Positions 1 to 13,142 are shown, counted from the stretch's first letter. The stretch: 64,000 bases of DNA from Gammaproteobacteria bacterium (GCA_002721465.1 PBKO01000007.1:56501-120500), one strand, 5' to 3'. The notes: generated by a model not told the origin, from the letters alone. Numbers and translations are program-made.

Positions 1-749
1 TTATTAATGGAGATGATAAAAATGTGCAAAAAATCTCAAAAAGAATTTCAAGAACGCAAATTACTTTTGGAGAATCTAAAAAGAATAACTATAGGATTAA
101 CAATATTAATTCAAAAAAAGGAAAACAGCATTTTGAAATTTTTGATAAAAGAAATAAAAAGTCTCATAAGTTTGTTATTAATTTACCAGGTAAGCATAAT
201 GTCTTTAATGCTGCAGCATCAATTAGTGTTGGACTTGAAGAAAGGTTACCAATTAATGCCATTAAAAAAGGAATAAGAGAATACTCAGGTGTTGGAAGAA
301 GGTATGAAAAACATCTAATTCAAATCAAATCTAAACAAATAATTCTTATTGATGATTATGGTCATCATCCTCTTGAAATTGAGTCAAATATAAATGCATA
401 CAAGGAAGAGTTTCCAAATAAAAAAGTATGTATGATTTTTCAACCTCACAGATTTTCAAGAACTGCACAACTTTTTGAAGACTTTATAAACGCTCTCAAA
501 AGAACAGACTTATTGATATTATTAGATATTTACCCTGCTAGTGAAAAACCCATCAAAGGAATTAACTCTAAGATTATTGAAGAAACACTCAAACAAAATG
601 GGCACAAAGATATAACTTATGTAAAAAATCATAATGATATTCAGAATATAATTCTGAAGAAAAAAGATGAATTTGATGTATTAGTTACGCAAGGTGCAGG
701 AAGTATTTCAAATGTATGTGAATCTTTAAAGAATAAATGGATGAATTGA
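1..749 (+). CDS. murC: UDP-N-acetylmuramate--L-alanine ligase, C-terminal part (5' end lies outside the window)
   Basis: Frame 3 is open from the window edge. Mur-ligase C-terminal motifs DDYGHHPLEI and FQPHRFSRT are present. It is followed by ddl-ftsQ-ftsA. Confidence 0.9.
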   Translation, partial: INGDDKNVQKISKRISRTQITFGESKKNNYRINNINSKKGKQHFEIFDKRNKKSHKFVINLPGKHNVFNAAASISVGLEERLPINAIKKGIREYSGVGRRYEKHLIQIKSKQIILIDDYGHHPLEIESNINAYKEEFPNKKVCMIFQPHRFSRTAQLFEDFINALKRTDLLILLDIYPASEKPIKGINSKIIEETLKQNGHKDITYVKNHNDIQNIILKKKDEFDVLVTQGAGSISNVCESLKNKWMN

Positions 750-1705
750 ATAAAATTGCAGTTTTGTATGGTGGAACATCACTAGAAAGAGATATATCAC
801 TTAAAAGTGGAGAAGCAGTATACCGATCTATATTGGATTTAGGTTATAAATCAAATTTAATAGACTTCAAAGAACTCAGCTCTGTAAATATTCTAAAAAA
901 ATATGATTTTATTTTCATAGCTCTTCATGGCTTTGAAGGTGAAGGAGGAGAATTACAAAGAAAATTAGATGATCTAAATATTCGATATTCGGGTTCTTCC
1001 TATGAGGCTTGTTTTAATACATGGAACAAAGCATTAACAAAAGAAATTTTAAGACAAAAAAATTTAAAAACTCCCAACTGGAAAATCATTGAAGATAATC
1101 ATAAATTAGAAAGCTTAGATGAACACTCTAATTTACTACCATTCAAAAAACATAGTGATAAAGAATTTTCAAGCACTCCAATTAATACATTTGGAAAAAA
1201 TGGATCAGTTTTTTTGAAACCAATTACTGAAGGGTCTAGTTTAGATATCTATAAAGTTTCTAGTAACAAACAATTTATAGAGTCTATCAAAAGCTCAAGC
1301 GATCCAAATAGAACATTTATGATTGAGGAGGCTATTGAGGGAAGAGAATTTACTATGACCATAATTGACAAACAATGCTACCCTCCAATTGAAATAATAA
1401 CAAAAAATCAATTTTATGATTATGATGCAAAGTATCTTTCAAATGAAACTCGTCTCGAAAAAGCACTATTAAGTAATGAGGAAATGGAAAAAATAATGGA
1501 AGTATCTCTTTCTGCCTTCAAAGCCTTAAATTGCAAGGCATGGGGAAGAGTAGATCTTATGCAGAATAAAGATGGTGAATTTTACATTATAGAAATTAAT
1601 ACGGTCCCAGGCATGACAAACCATAGTTGTGTTCCAAGATCAGGTCAATTTTTAGGTTTGTCATTTAATGATGTAGTTAAAAAAATTATAAATGCATCTC
1701 TATAA
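737..1705 (+). CDS. ddl: D-alanine--D-alanine ligase
   Basis: ATP-grasp Ddl signatures (LHGFEGEGGELQ, EINTVPGMT). Sits in the dcw cluster and overlaps the murC stop by 13 nt. Confidence 0.9.
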   Translation: MDELNKIAVLYGGTSLERDISLKSGEAVYRSILDLGYKSNLIDFKELSSVNILKKYDFIFIALHGFEGEGGELQRKLDDLNIRYSGSSYEACFNTWNKALTKEILRQKNLKTPNWKIIEDNHKLESLDEHSNLLPFKKHSDKEFSSTPINTFGKNGSVFLKPITEGSSLDIYKVSSNKQFIESIKSSSDPNRTFMIEEAIEGREFTMTIIDKQCYPPIEIITKNQFYDYDAKYLSNETRLEKALLSNEEMEKIMEVSLSAFKALNCKAWGRVDLMQNKDGEFYIIEINTVPGMTNHSCVPRSGQFLGLSFNDVVKKIINASL

Positions 1706-2306
1706 AGTATTAGTATTAATTATTTGTACCTCAAATCTTTTTGCTAAATATACAATAAACATTAATTTTGAATCTGGATTTCAATATAAATCTCAGGACA
1801 ATTTTATTTCAAAACTTGAAAATTTAAATTCTAAACATGATATAGAACAGATGATCATAGACCAAGATTGGATCAAGAGTTATTCAATAATGCACAAACC
1901 TTTTACAAAAGTAATATTTTTAACTATTAAAAATAGAGAACCAATTTTTGTTCTTAATGATGAATTTTTCTATGATGAGGACTTAAAAAAATTCAAATTC
2001 TATGAGGCTTATAAAAAATTAATTAAAGTAAATGGACCAATACAAAATATTGAAGAAATCCAAAAAATAATTAATGAAGTGAAACTAAGTAAATTTAAGT
2101 TTGATACTTTTACAATAAAATATTCTTTTGTAAATGGATGGGATGTTAAAACAGACAAATTTTTAATAAGGTTCGGAAAAGACCTTTCAAAGAATAAATT
2201 TAAAAAGTTTCAAGATACTTCAAATTATTTGTACGACAATACTAAAATACCTAGTATTATAGATATGAGATATAGAGATGGAGTCGCTATAAATTATGGC
2301 AAGTAA
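1692..2306 (+). CDS. ftsQ: Cell division protein FtsQ (short form)
   Basis: Lies between ddl and ftsA. Has an N-terminal hydrophobic anchor and a POTRA-like region. At 204 aa it has almost no cytoplasmic tail. Confidence 0.6.
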   Translation: MHLYKVLVLIICTSNLFAKYTININFESGFQYKSQDNFISKLENLNSKHDIEQMIIDQDWIKSYSIMHKPFTKVIFLTIKNREPIFVLNDEFFYDEDLKKFKFYEAYKKLIKVNGPIQNIEEIQKIINEVKLSKFKFDTFTIKYSFVNGWDVKTDKFLIRFGKDLSKNKFKKFQDTSNYLYDNTKIPSIIDMRYRDGVAINYGK

Positions 2307-3519
2307 AACTAAAAGTTCTAATATTGTTGTAGGCTTAGATATTGGTACTTCTAAAGTTGTATGTATTGTAGGTAAGTTTGTTGAAGATAGGTTAGAAATA
2401 ATCGCATTGGGAGCATATCCATCTAGTGGTTTAAAAAAAGGTGTAGTAGTTAACATAGATGCCACTACCGATGCAATAAGCAAGGCAGTAGAACAAGCAC
2501 AATCTATGATTGAAGAAAAAATTAAATCTGTATTCGTTGGTATTGCTGGAAATCATATCAAAAGTTTAAATTCGCAAGGTGCTGTTGGCATAAAAGATAA
2601 AGAAGTAACGACATTTGATATCGATAGAGTAATAGATTCTGCACAAGCTGTATCTATTCCATCAGATCAAAGAGTTCTCCATGTATTGCCCCAAGAGTTT
2701 GTTATTGATGGACAAGAGGTTAGTTTAGATCCTTTAGGTATGTCTGGAGTTAGGCTTGAGGCTAAAGTTCATTTAGTTACTTGTTCTAACAGTGCAATAA
2801 AAAATATAGAGAAATGTATTAAAAATTGTGGACTAGGGGTTCAAGGTTTTGTCTTAGAACAGTTAGCAAGCTCTCATTCAATTTTATCAGATGATGAAAA
2901 AGATTTAGGTGTCTGTTTGGTTGATATTGGTGGAGGTACTACTGATATCGCAATCTTTAATTCTGGTTCAATTGTATTTACTGGCGTTATTCCAATTGCT
3001 GGTGATCAAGTAACCAGTGATATTGCTCAAGCTTTGAGGACTCCAACACCTCAGGCAGAAGATATAAAACAAAAAAATGGTTGTGCTGTAACTGAATTTA
3101 CAAAAGATGATGAAACAGTAGAAGTTCTTGCGGTTGGTGGAAGACCACCTAGAGAATTATCTAGAAGTGCTTTAGCAGATATCATACAACCTAGATACTC
3201 AGAGCTTTTTGAGCTTATTAAAGCTGAAATAGTAAGAAATGGATTTGAAGATAATATTTCAGCTGGCCTTGTATTCACTGGAGGCACATCAAAAATGGAG
3301 GGTGTTGTTGAATTAGCTGAATCAATTTTTCAAACTTCTGTAAGACTTGGAATTCCAACAAAATTTAAAGGCATGGAAACGATTCTACAGAATCCAATAT
3401 ATTCAACATCAATTGGCTTAATTGAACATGGATTTAAACAAATTAATAATCAAATGTTAGCTGAAGAAAAACAAGGGTTCTTTTCGAAAATCTTGAGGGT
3501 TGTCAAAAACGAGTATTGA
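2296..3519 (+). CDS. ftsA: Cell division protein FtsA
   Basis: Actin-fold phosphate motifs DIGTSK and DIGGGTTD. Full-length alignment pattern to FtsA. Confidence 0.95.
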   Translation: MASKTKSSNIVVGLDIGTSKVVCIVGKFVEDRLEIIALGAYPSSGLKKGVVVNIDATTDAISKAVEQAQSMIEEKIKSVFVGIAGNHIKSLNSQGAVGIKDKEVTTFDIDRVIDSAQAVSIPSDQRVLHVLPQEFVIDGQEVSLDPLGMSGVRLEAKVHLVTCSNSAIKNIEKCIKNCGLGVQGFVLEQLASSHSILSDDEKDLGVCLVDIGGGTTDIAIFNSGSIVFTGVIPIAGDQVTSDIAQALRTPTPQAEDIKQKNGCAVTEFTKDDETVEVLAVGGRPPRELSRSALADIIQPRYSELFELIKAEIVRNGFEDNISAGLVFTGGTSKMEGVVELAESIFQTSVRLGIPTKFKGMETILQNPIYSTSIGLIEHGFKQINNQMLAEEKQGFFSKILRVVKNEY

Positions 3520-3596
3520 TTATAAAAATGTAATCAATTAGAATGCATTCTCCTTGGTTTTTATATTAAATAAAAATCTTTAACCACAGGGAAATA

Positions 3597-4091
3597 ATGA
3601 GAAAATACGAAGCAATCATAATATTAAATCCTAACCTTTCTTCAAAGGTTGACAACTTTCTTAAAGACTTTGAAAAACTATTAAAGGACAACTCATTTAA
3701 TATATTAAAAACAGAAGATATTGGAAGAAGGCAGTTAGCATATTCTATTAACAATCATAATAAAGGCCATTATCTGATTTTTAATCTTGAAGGTGACTCT
3801 TTAAAGCTTAGTGAGGTTGAAAATAAAATTAAATATAACGAGACTATTATCAGATATTTATTTATTTCCGTTAGAGAATTTACTGGTGAAGATTCTCAAT
3901 TATTAACAGATTCAAAAAATAAAAATAATGATGCTGAGTCGGAAGAAAATTTAGATAAAAAAGCTCAAGAAAAAGTTAATATAAAATCAGATGAATTATT
4001 AGTTAAAGAAAATGAAGCCTCACAAGTTAAAGAAAATTCTGATGAGAGCGTTTCAAATAATAATAACGAAACCGAGCAAGATGATGAATAA
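3597..4091 (+). CDS. rpsF: 30S ribosomal protein S6 with a long acidic C-terminal tail
   Basis: N-terminus [12 protein letters not shown]... is typical S6. AGGGA lies upstream of the ATG. The C-terminal ~65 aa are D/E/N/S-rich. Confidence 0.9.
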   Translation: MRKYEAIIILNPNLSSKVDNFLKDFEKLLKDNSFNILKTEDIGRRQLAYSINNHNKGHYLIFNLEGDSLKLSEVENKIKYNETIIRYLFISVREFTGEDSQLLTDSKNKNNDAESEENLDKKAQEKVNIKSDELLVKENEASQVKENSDESVSNNNNETEQDDE

Positions 4092-4278
4092 ATATAAGAT
4101 TCCTGAAAGATTTAGCTATAAGGATATTAATCTATTAAAACAATTTATTACTGAAACAGGCAAGATTATTCCTGCCAGGGTAACGGGTATCTCAGCCTCA
4201 AACCAGAGAAAAATAACTAAAAGTATTAAAATTGCTAGATTTTTATCATTGATCCCATATACAGATATGCATAAATAA
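4081..4278 (+). CDS. rpsR: 30S ribosomal protein S18
   Basis: [24 protein letters not shown]...[13 protein letters not shown] aligns with E. coli S18. I chose the MMNKY start; the ORF-track start at 4012 would overlap rpsF by 80 nt. Confidence 0.85.
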   Translation: MMNKYKIPERFSYKDINLLKQFITETGKIIPARVTGISASNQRKITKSIKIARFLSLIPYTDMHK

Positions 4279-4724
4279 TGAAAATAATTTTATTAGACAA
4301 AATTCAAAGATTAGGCAATATAGGCGATATTGTTGATGTTAATTCTGGATACGCAAGAAATTTTTTAATTCCTCAAAAGAAGGCTGCTTTTGCTAGTGAA
4401 AAAAATATTGCTGAAGTTGAGGCAAAAAAAGACGAACTTGCAGCATTGTCTGAAGATGCTTTGGTTAAAGCTCAAGAAAGATCTAAAAATCTTGAAGGAG
4501 CATCCTGTGAAATAATCGTTCCTGTAACAGAAGAGGGTGCCTTATATGGGTCTGTTGGTACAAGAGAAATTTCTGAAGCTTTTTTAAATAACCAAATTCA
4601 CATTGACAAAAGTGAAGTTCAATTACCAGATGGTCCAATCAAGGAAACTGGCGATCACAATATAACTTTAAATATACACCCTGAGGTCAATGTAGAAATT
4701 ATTGTAAAAGTATTGCCTGAGTAG
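4278..4724 (+). CDS. rplI: 50S ribosomal protein L9
   Basis: [32 protein letters not shown] is canonical L9. Operon position is after rpsR. Confidence 0.9.
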   Translation: MKIILLDKIQRLGNIGDIVDVNSGYARNFLIPQKKAAFASEKNIAEVEAKKDELAALSEDALVKAQERSKNLEGASCEIIVPVTEEGALYGSVGTREISEAFLNNQIHIDKSEVQLPDGPIKETGDHNITLNIHPEVNVEIIVKVLPE

Positions 4725-4762
4725 TTGTATATTTTGATATATGATGCAAAAATCATATTCCA

Positions 4763-6129
4763 ATGTCAGATTTAAATATTAATCAAAACGAGCAAGCTAG
4801 AGAGGCTGAAAAGGCTGTACTCGGTGGTCTGATGCTTGAAACTCACAGATTTGATACTGTAATACAAGTCATCAAAGAAAATGATTTTGATGGTAAAGAT
4901 CATCAAATAATTTTTCAATCAATGTCTGAACTTATTGAGGAAAATAAACCTTTAGATCCGTTAACTGTTTCAGAAAAGCTTACGAACAAAAATTCGTTAA
5001 ATAAAGTAGGCGGAAAAGAATACTTAATAGAGTTAGCGACTTCGACTCCAACTGCAGCGAACTTAGAGGCATATGCTGAAATTATTAGGCAAAGATCTAT
5101 AACTAGAAAGCTTATGAGAGCAAATGCAGATATATCAGAATTGATATCAAATCCTCAGGGACAAGATGGGGCTTCCTTACTTGATAAGGCAGAAAGTATG
5201 ATTTTTGCTCTAAATGATGAAACTAATCAGAATGATCAAAGTATTCAATCTATGAAAGATCTAATTCCATCTACAATGGATAGACTTCACGAATTATCAA
5301 ACAAATCTGGTGGACTTATAGGATCTTCAACTGGTTTTAAAGATTTGGATAAAAAATTGCAAGGAATCCAAAATGGTGATCTTATCATAGTTGCTGGAAG
5401 ACCAAGTATGGGGAAAACATCACTTGCTATGAATATTGCTGAAAATGTTTTGTTTGATGATGATACTGATGGATCAGTTTTAATATTCAGTTTAGAGATG
5501 CCAGCTGAATCACTGACAACTAGGTTGCTCTCTGGAATGAGTAGATTAGATCAGCAAAATGTTAGATCAGGTATGTTGAAGGATGACGAGTTGAGACTAC
5601 TATTAAAACAAAGTGATAATTTAAAAAATAAACCTTTATGGATTGACGATAGCTCAATTCTTTCTCCAATGGAATTAAGAGCGAAAGCCAGGAGGCTTGC
5701 AAGAACTGAAGAAAATGGATTGTCTTTAATAGTTGTTGACTATTTGCAGTTGATGCAACTTCCGTTGTCTTCAGAAAATAGAGTTAATCAAATATCTGAA
5801 ATTTCCAGATCATTAAAGTCTCTTGCAAAAGAGTTAAGTGTGCCCGTAGTTGCACTGTCACAATTAAATAGGGCTGTTGAGCAAAGACCAAACAAAAGGC
5901 CAATAATGGCAGATTTAAGAGATTCTGGTGCAATTGAACAGGATGCTGACGTAATATTATTTATATATCGAGATGAGGTCTACAACGAAGACTCTGAGCA
6001 GGGAAATAAAGCTGAGATTATAATTGGTAAGCAAAGAAATGGACCAATTGGAACTATTAACCTAACTTTCTTAAAAGAACTTACAAGATTTGAAAATTTC
6101 TCAAGTGACAGTTTCTATGATACTTTCGA

Positions 6130-6133
<4 letters not shown>
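4763..6133 (+). CDS. dnaB: Replicative DNA helicase DnaB
   Basis: Walker A GRPSMGKTS, DYLQLM, and SQLNRAVEQR motifs. Order rplI-dnaB-alr is conserved. Confidence 0.95.
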
Positions 6134-8855
<2,722 letters not shown>

Positions 8856-8856
8856 A

Positions 8857-9687
8857 ATGAAGTTAAGAAATTTTAAAATTGATAATTTGGCTCCTATGAC
8901 CCTTATGGGTGGCATGAATGTTCTTGAATCAAGAGATTTAGCTATGATGGTTGCAGAGAAGTTTAAAGAAGTTTCTCAAAAATTAAATATCAGTTATATA
9001 TTTAAAGGTTCATTTGATAAAGCAAATAGAAGCTCAATAAATTCTTTTAGGGGCCCAGGAATAGAAGAGGGTCTAAAAATCCTTCAGGAAGTCTCAACAA
9101 CTTTTGAAGTACCAGTTATTACTGATATCCATGAACCAGATCAAGCAAAAGCAGTTAGTGAGGTTTGTGAGGTAATACAAATTCCAGCCTTTTTAGCGAG
9201 ACAAACTGATCTTGTTAGCTCTGCAGCAAAAACAGATTCAATTATACAATTTAAGAAACCTCAATTTTTATCTGCTCCAGAAATGTCTAACATTATTGAA
9301 AAATGTTCAGCAGCAGGTAATGACAAGATAATACTATGCGAACGAGGAAACTCATTTGGCTATAACAATCTAGTTGTTGATACTTTAAACTTTCAAATTC
9401 TTAAGGAATTATCTAAGCCGGTTATGTTTGATGTTACTCATTCACTTCAATTACCCGGTGGCCTTGGAAGTGCAACAGGTGGAAGAAGAGAATATGTTTT
9501 AAGTTTAGCAAAAGCTGGAATATCTCAATCAATTGCAGGATTGTTTCTTGAAGCTCACCCTAATCCAGATGAAGCAAAATGTGATGGTCCATGCGCTTTA
9601 CCTTTGTCAGTCTTAGAAGAATTTTTAAAACAAATTGTCGAGCTCGATGAATTTGTTAAAAATCAAGACGATATCGAAATTAAATAA
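8857..9687 (+). CDS. kdsA: 3-deoxy-8-phosphooctulonate (KDO8P) synthase
   Basis: Full-length KdsA pattern ([26 protein letters not shown]). Order pyrG-kdsA-eno is conserved. Confidence 0.9.
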   Translation: MKLRNFKIDNLAPMTLMGGMNVLESRDLAMMVAEKFKEVSQKLNISYIFKGSFDKANRSSINSFRGPGIEEGLKILQEVSTTFEVPVITDIHEPDQAKAVSEVCEVIQIPAFLARQTDLVSSAAKTDSIIQFKKPQFLSAPEMSNIIEKCSAAGNDKIILCERGNSFGYNNLVVDTLNFQILKELSKPVMFDVTHSLQLPGGLGSATGGRREYVLSLAKAGISQSIAGLFLEAHPNPDEAKCDGPCALPLSVLEEFLKQIVELDEFVKNQDDIEIK

Positions 9688-9690
9688 TAG

Positions 9691-10965
9691 ATGCAAAAAA
9701 TATCTTTAATTAACGCTATTCAAGTATTTGATTCAAGGGGTGTTCCTACAATATCTTGTAAGGTAAGCCTTGAAGATGGTACCTCAGCTTCTGCTATGGT
9801 TCCTAGTGGAGCCTCTACTGGCTCAAAAGAGGCGCTTGAGTTGAGAGATAACGATATTTCATATCATGGAAAAAGTGTGACAAAGGCAGTCAACAATATT
9901 AATAATATATTGTCATCTCTCGTTATTGGTAAGAATCCAAGTAACCAAAAAGAAATTGACGAATTACTCATTTCATTTGATGATACAGAAGATAAATCAA
10001 AAGTTGGAGCAAATGCAATTTTAGCTATTTCTCTTGCAACTGCTCATGTAGCTGCAAAAGCCAACAAGATTTCACTTTATAAACATTTTTCAAAAGTATA
10101 TAGAGATATTACTGGTCAAAATGTAACCCATTGCATGCCTTTACCTATGTTTAATATTCTCAATGGCGGCGAACATGCCGATAATAACATTGATATTCAA
10201 GAATTTATGATTATTCCTAGCGGAGCAAAAAACTTTGTTCAGGTTATGCAATGGGCCACTGAAATTTATCATAATTTAAAGAAAATACTATTAAAAAATA
10301 ATTATTCTACAGCGGTTGGTGACGAGGGTGGCTTTGCTCCAAGCCTTGACTCTAACAAAGAAGCATTAAGATTAATTGTTGATGCTATAAAAGAATCAGG
10401 ATTAGTACCAGGTAAAGATGTAAATATTGCTCTTGATTGTGCAGCAAGTGAGTTTTTTGATGACAACAAATATATTTTAAAAGGAGAAAGAAAGGAACTC
10501 TCATCTATCCAATTTGTAGATTACCTAGATGATTTAATTCAAAACTATCCTATAGTCTCTATAGAAGATGGCATGGATGAGAATGATAAAGATGGCTGGA
10601 AATTACTTACAGAGAGACTTGGATCAAAATGTCAGCTCGTTGGAGATGATTTATTTGTTACCAATAAAAAAATTCTTAAAGATGGTATTAATGAAGAAAT
10701 GGCCAATTCAATACTCATAAAATTTAATCAAGTTGGATCAATAACTGAAACAATAGAAACTATTCATTTCGCAAATCAAAATAATTTTGAGTCAATTATT
10801 TCTCATCGATCTGGTGAGACTGAAGATACTACAATAGCTGACCTTGCTGTAGGTTTGGGTATTGGGCAAATCAAAACGGGAGCTCCATGCAGATCGGATA
10901 GAGTAGCAAAATACAATAGATTGCTTTGGATAGAAGAAGAAAGCAGTAATATTTTGCTTAAATGA
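9691..10965 (+). CDS. eno: Enolase
   Basis: VPSGASTGSKEALELRD, SHRSGETED and KTGAPCRSDRVAKYN motifs. Confidence 0.95.
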   Translation: MQKISLINAIQVFDSRGVPTISCKVSLEDGTSASAMVPSGASTGSKEALELRDNDISYHGKSVTKAVNNINNILSSLVIGKNPSNQKEIDELLISFDDTEDKSKVGANAILAISLATAHVAAKANKISLYKHFSKVYRDITGQNVTHCMPLPMFNILNGGEHADNNIDIQEFMIIPSGAKNFVQVMQWATEIYHNLKKILLKNNYSTAVGDEGGFAPSLDSNKEALRLIVDAIKESGLVPGKDVNIALDCAASEFFDDNKYILKGERKELSSIQFVDYLDDLIQNYPIVSIEDGMDENDKDGWKLLTERLGSKCQLVGDDLFVTNKKILKDGINEEMANSILIKFNQVGSITETIETIHFANQNNFESIISHRSGETEDTTIADLAVGLGIGQIKTGAPCRSDRVAKYNRLLWIEEESSNILLK

Positions 10966-11270
10966 ACAGACTCTATTATTTACTTTTGGCTGTTTTAAGT
11001 TTAATTGTTATTTTTTTATCAAAGGGTATTTTTTTTGGCGAGAATAGTTACAACAAGAGAGCAGAATTAATTGAAGATAACAAAATACAACAAGTTAAAA
11101 ATGAAGAATTGAAGAGACAAAATGAAATTCTTGAATTTGAAATTAAAAATGCTCAAAACTCAAATGATCATGTTGAAAACTTCGCAAGGGAAAAATTAAA
11201 TCTTTCCTATAAAGATGAAGAATTTATTACTTTTCAAAAAGAAAATGCAAAAGATGAAAAAAATGAATAA
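10962..11270 (+). CDS. ftsB: Cell division protein FtsB
   Basis: N-terminal TM helix, a leucine-zipper-like coiled coil, and ENFAREKLNL (the FtsB ARxELG-like motif). Position is eno-ftsB-ispD. Confidence 0.75.
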   Translation: MNRLYYLLLAVLSLIVIFLSKGIFFGENSYNKRAELIEDNKIQQVKNEELKRQNEILEFEIKNAQNSNDHVENFAREKLNLSYKDEEFITFQKENAKDEKNE

Positions 11271-12390
11271 TTTATTGGTTATTATTGCAGCAGCTGGAAC
11301 AGGTAAAAGATTTGGTAGTAACGTCCCTAAACAATATAGCAAATTAAATGGAAAATCAGTTATTGAAAGATCTGTAAGACCATTTATTGACTCAGATAAT
11401 GTTTCTAAAATATTTATAGCAATTTCCAAAGATGACTTAGAAATTAAAAATCAAGATTTTTATAATTCAAAAAAAATTGAACTTATTTTTGGCGAAGACA
11501 CTAGACAGAAATCAATATTCAATGCCCTTATGCATGCTAAAGACAATTATGACTATGTCATAACACATGATGCAGCTCGTCCAAATGTGATTGAGGACGA
11601 TATCTTAAATTTATTGCATGATATTGAAGAAACTGGAGTAAGTTGCTCCTATCTCTTCACTCCGGTATACGATTCAATCAAAGAAACCTTCACCAAAGAT
11701 AAAAATAAATACCATCTAGTTCAAACTCCACAGATATCAAAATTCAAGGATCTTAAGTTATCTTTAAAGAAATGTATTGACGAAAATATAGAATGTCCAG
11801 ATGAGTCTTTTGCCATTGAATATTCAAATTTAAAGACTTCTAAGATTAAAGGCAGAAGATCCAATATTAAGATAACTGAACCCGATGATTTAGATATATT
11901 AAATAAATTTTTAACTAGATCTGGAATTGGTTTCGATCTACATAAATACAAAGATGGCTCTGGAATAATGTTAGGAGGATGTAATATTGATTGTAATTAC
12001 AAAATAATAGCGCATTCAGATGGTGATGTTTTACTTCACTCTATAGCTGATTCTATTTTAGGCGCATTAGGAATAGGTGATATTGGTAAGTATTTTTCAG
12101 ATCAAGATGAAAAAAATATAAATTTAGATAGCACAAAGATTATTAGATTTTGTCTTGATAAATTAAATGAATTTAATCTTGAGATTTATAATGTAGATAC
12201 CATCATTATATGTGAAGAACCTAAAATTAATCCTCACAGAGATAAAATTTTAAAAAGCCTGTCATTAATTTTAGAAATACCAATAGATAAAATAGGCTTA
12301 AAAGCAACAACCTCAGAGCAAATAGGTATTATTGGAAAAAATAAAGCAATCGCTGTTCAAAGCTATGTAAATTTAAGAGAGAAGCAATGA
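11254..12390 (+). CDS. ispDF: Bifunctional IspD/IspF (MEP cytidylyltransferase fused to MEcPP synthase)
   Basis: IspD motifs are AAAGTGKRFG..PKQY and THDAARP. They are followed in the same ORF by IspF motifs GIGFDLH, AHSDGDVLLH and DIGKYFSD. The start is ambiguous between ATGs at 11245, 11254 and 11263. Confidence 0.85.
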   Translation: MKKMNNLLVIIAAAGTGKRFGSNVPKQYSKLNGKSVIERSVRPFIDSDNVSKIFIAISKDDLEIKNQDFYNSKKIELIFGEDTRQKSIFNALMHAKDNYDYVITHDAARPNVIEDDILNLLHDIEETGVSCSYLFTPVYDSIKETFTKDKNKYHLVQTPQISKFKDLKLSLKKCIDENIECPDESFAIEYSNLKTSKIKGRRSNIKITEPDDLDILNKFLTRSGIGFDLHKYKDGSGIMLGGCNIDCNYKIIAHSDGDVLLHSIADSILGALGIGDIGKYFSDQDEKNINLDSTKIIRFCLDKLNEFNLEIYNVDTIIICEEPKINPHRDKILKSLSLILEIPIDKIGLKATTSEQIGIIGKNKAIAVQSYVNLREKQ

Positions 12391-13142
12391 AAATATTACT
12401 AACAAATGATGATGGTTATGATGCGATTAATATAAAAAGTTTATACAAAGAGCTTTCAAAAAATCATGAAGTATGGATGATTGCACCCAAAAATAACTGT
12501 AGTGGAATGAGCGCAGCTATTTCATACTTAAGTGAAATAGAGGTCACAAAAATTGAAGACAGAATTTATGCAGTCGATGGTACTCCAGCAGATTGTACAT
12601 ATTTGGGTTTGTTAAGTATCGTAGACTTTGAGTTTGATATCGTTATATCTGGTATAAATCATGGTGCAAATATTGGAAATGATGTTTTATATTCTGGAAC
12701 AGTAGGTGCTGCAATTGGAGGCAGAAATCTAAAATTTCCACCAGTAGCATTATCAGTAGCCTCTTATGATGCAAAAGATTTAAATTTCTTAACAAAAAAA
12801 TCAGTTGAGTTGATTGAAAAAATTTTAAGATATGATGAAAATTTCATGGGAAAAGTTATTAATATTAATTTTCCTGATATTTCAGAGAAGGAATACAAAG
12901 GATGTGTTGCATCGGGCTTATCTAAAAGAGGTATACCTGCAAGACCAATTCTTATTGAAGAAAATAAATCACCAAATGATGTATATAAATATAGATATAA
13001 TGCATCGGGTGAGCCTTTATTAGACAGCTTAATGACAGATGCAGAAGCGGTTAAAAATGGATTTGTCTCGTTTTCAATTCTTGATTACAGTTTAAACTCT
13101 CAATCTTTTCTTGAAGAAATATCAAAATTTTTAGATGAATAG
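12387..13142 (+). CDS. surE: 5'/3'-nucleotidase SurE
   Basis: MKILLTNDDG, GINHGAN and YSGTVGAA motifs. surE-pcm pair is conserved. Confidence 0.9.
   Translation: MKILLTNDDGYDAINIKSLYKELSKNHEVWMIAPKNNCSGMSAAISYLSEIEVTKIEDRIYAVDGTPADCTYLGLLSIVDFEFDIVISGINHGANIGNDVLYSGTVGAAIGGRNLKFPPVALSVASYDAKDLNFLTKKSVELIEKILRYDENFMGKVININFPDISEKEYKGCVASGLSKRGIPARPILIEENKSPNDVYKYRYNASGEPLLDSLMTDAEAVKNGFVSFSILDYSLNSQSFLEEISKFLDE

Noticed and set aside
7-276. An 89-aa plus-strand ORF at the window start.
   Set aside because: It is an alternative frame within murC. The murC frame carries the Mur-ligase motifs and is open to the window edge.
3540-3551. A 12-bp palindrome AGAATGCATTCT in the ftsA-rpsF spacer, considered as a possible terminator or operator.
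   Set aside because: There is no loop, so it is not a hairpin terminator. It matches no motif I know, and a single palindrome of this length in AT-rich DNA is unremarkable.
4012-4080. Longer rpsR start (ORF-track 4012) adding [23 protein letters not shown].
   Set aside because: It would overlap rpsF by 80 nt, and the extra residues do not resemble the S18 N-terminus. The start remains uncertain and is flagged in the findings.
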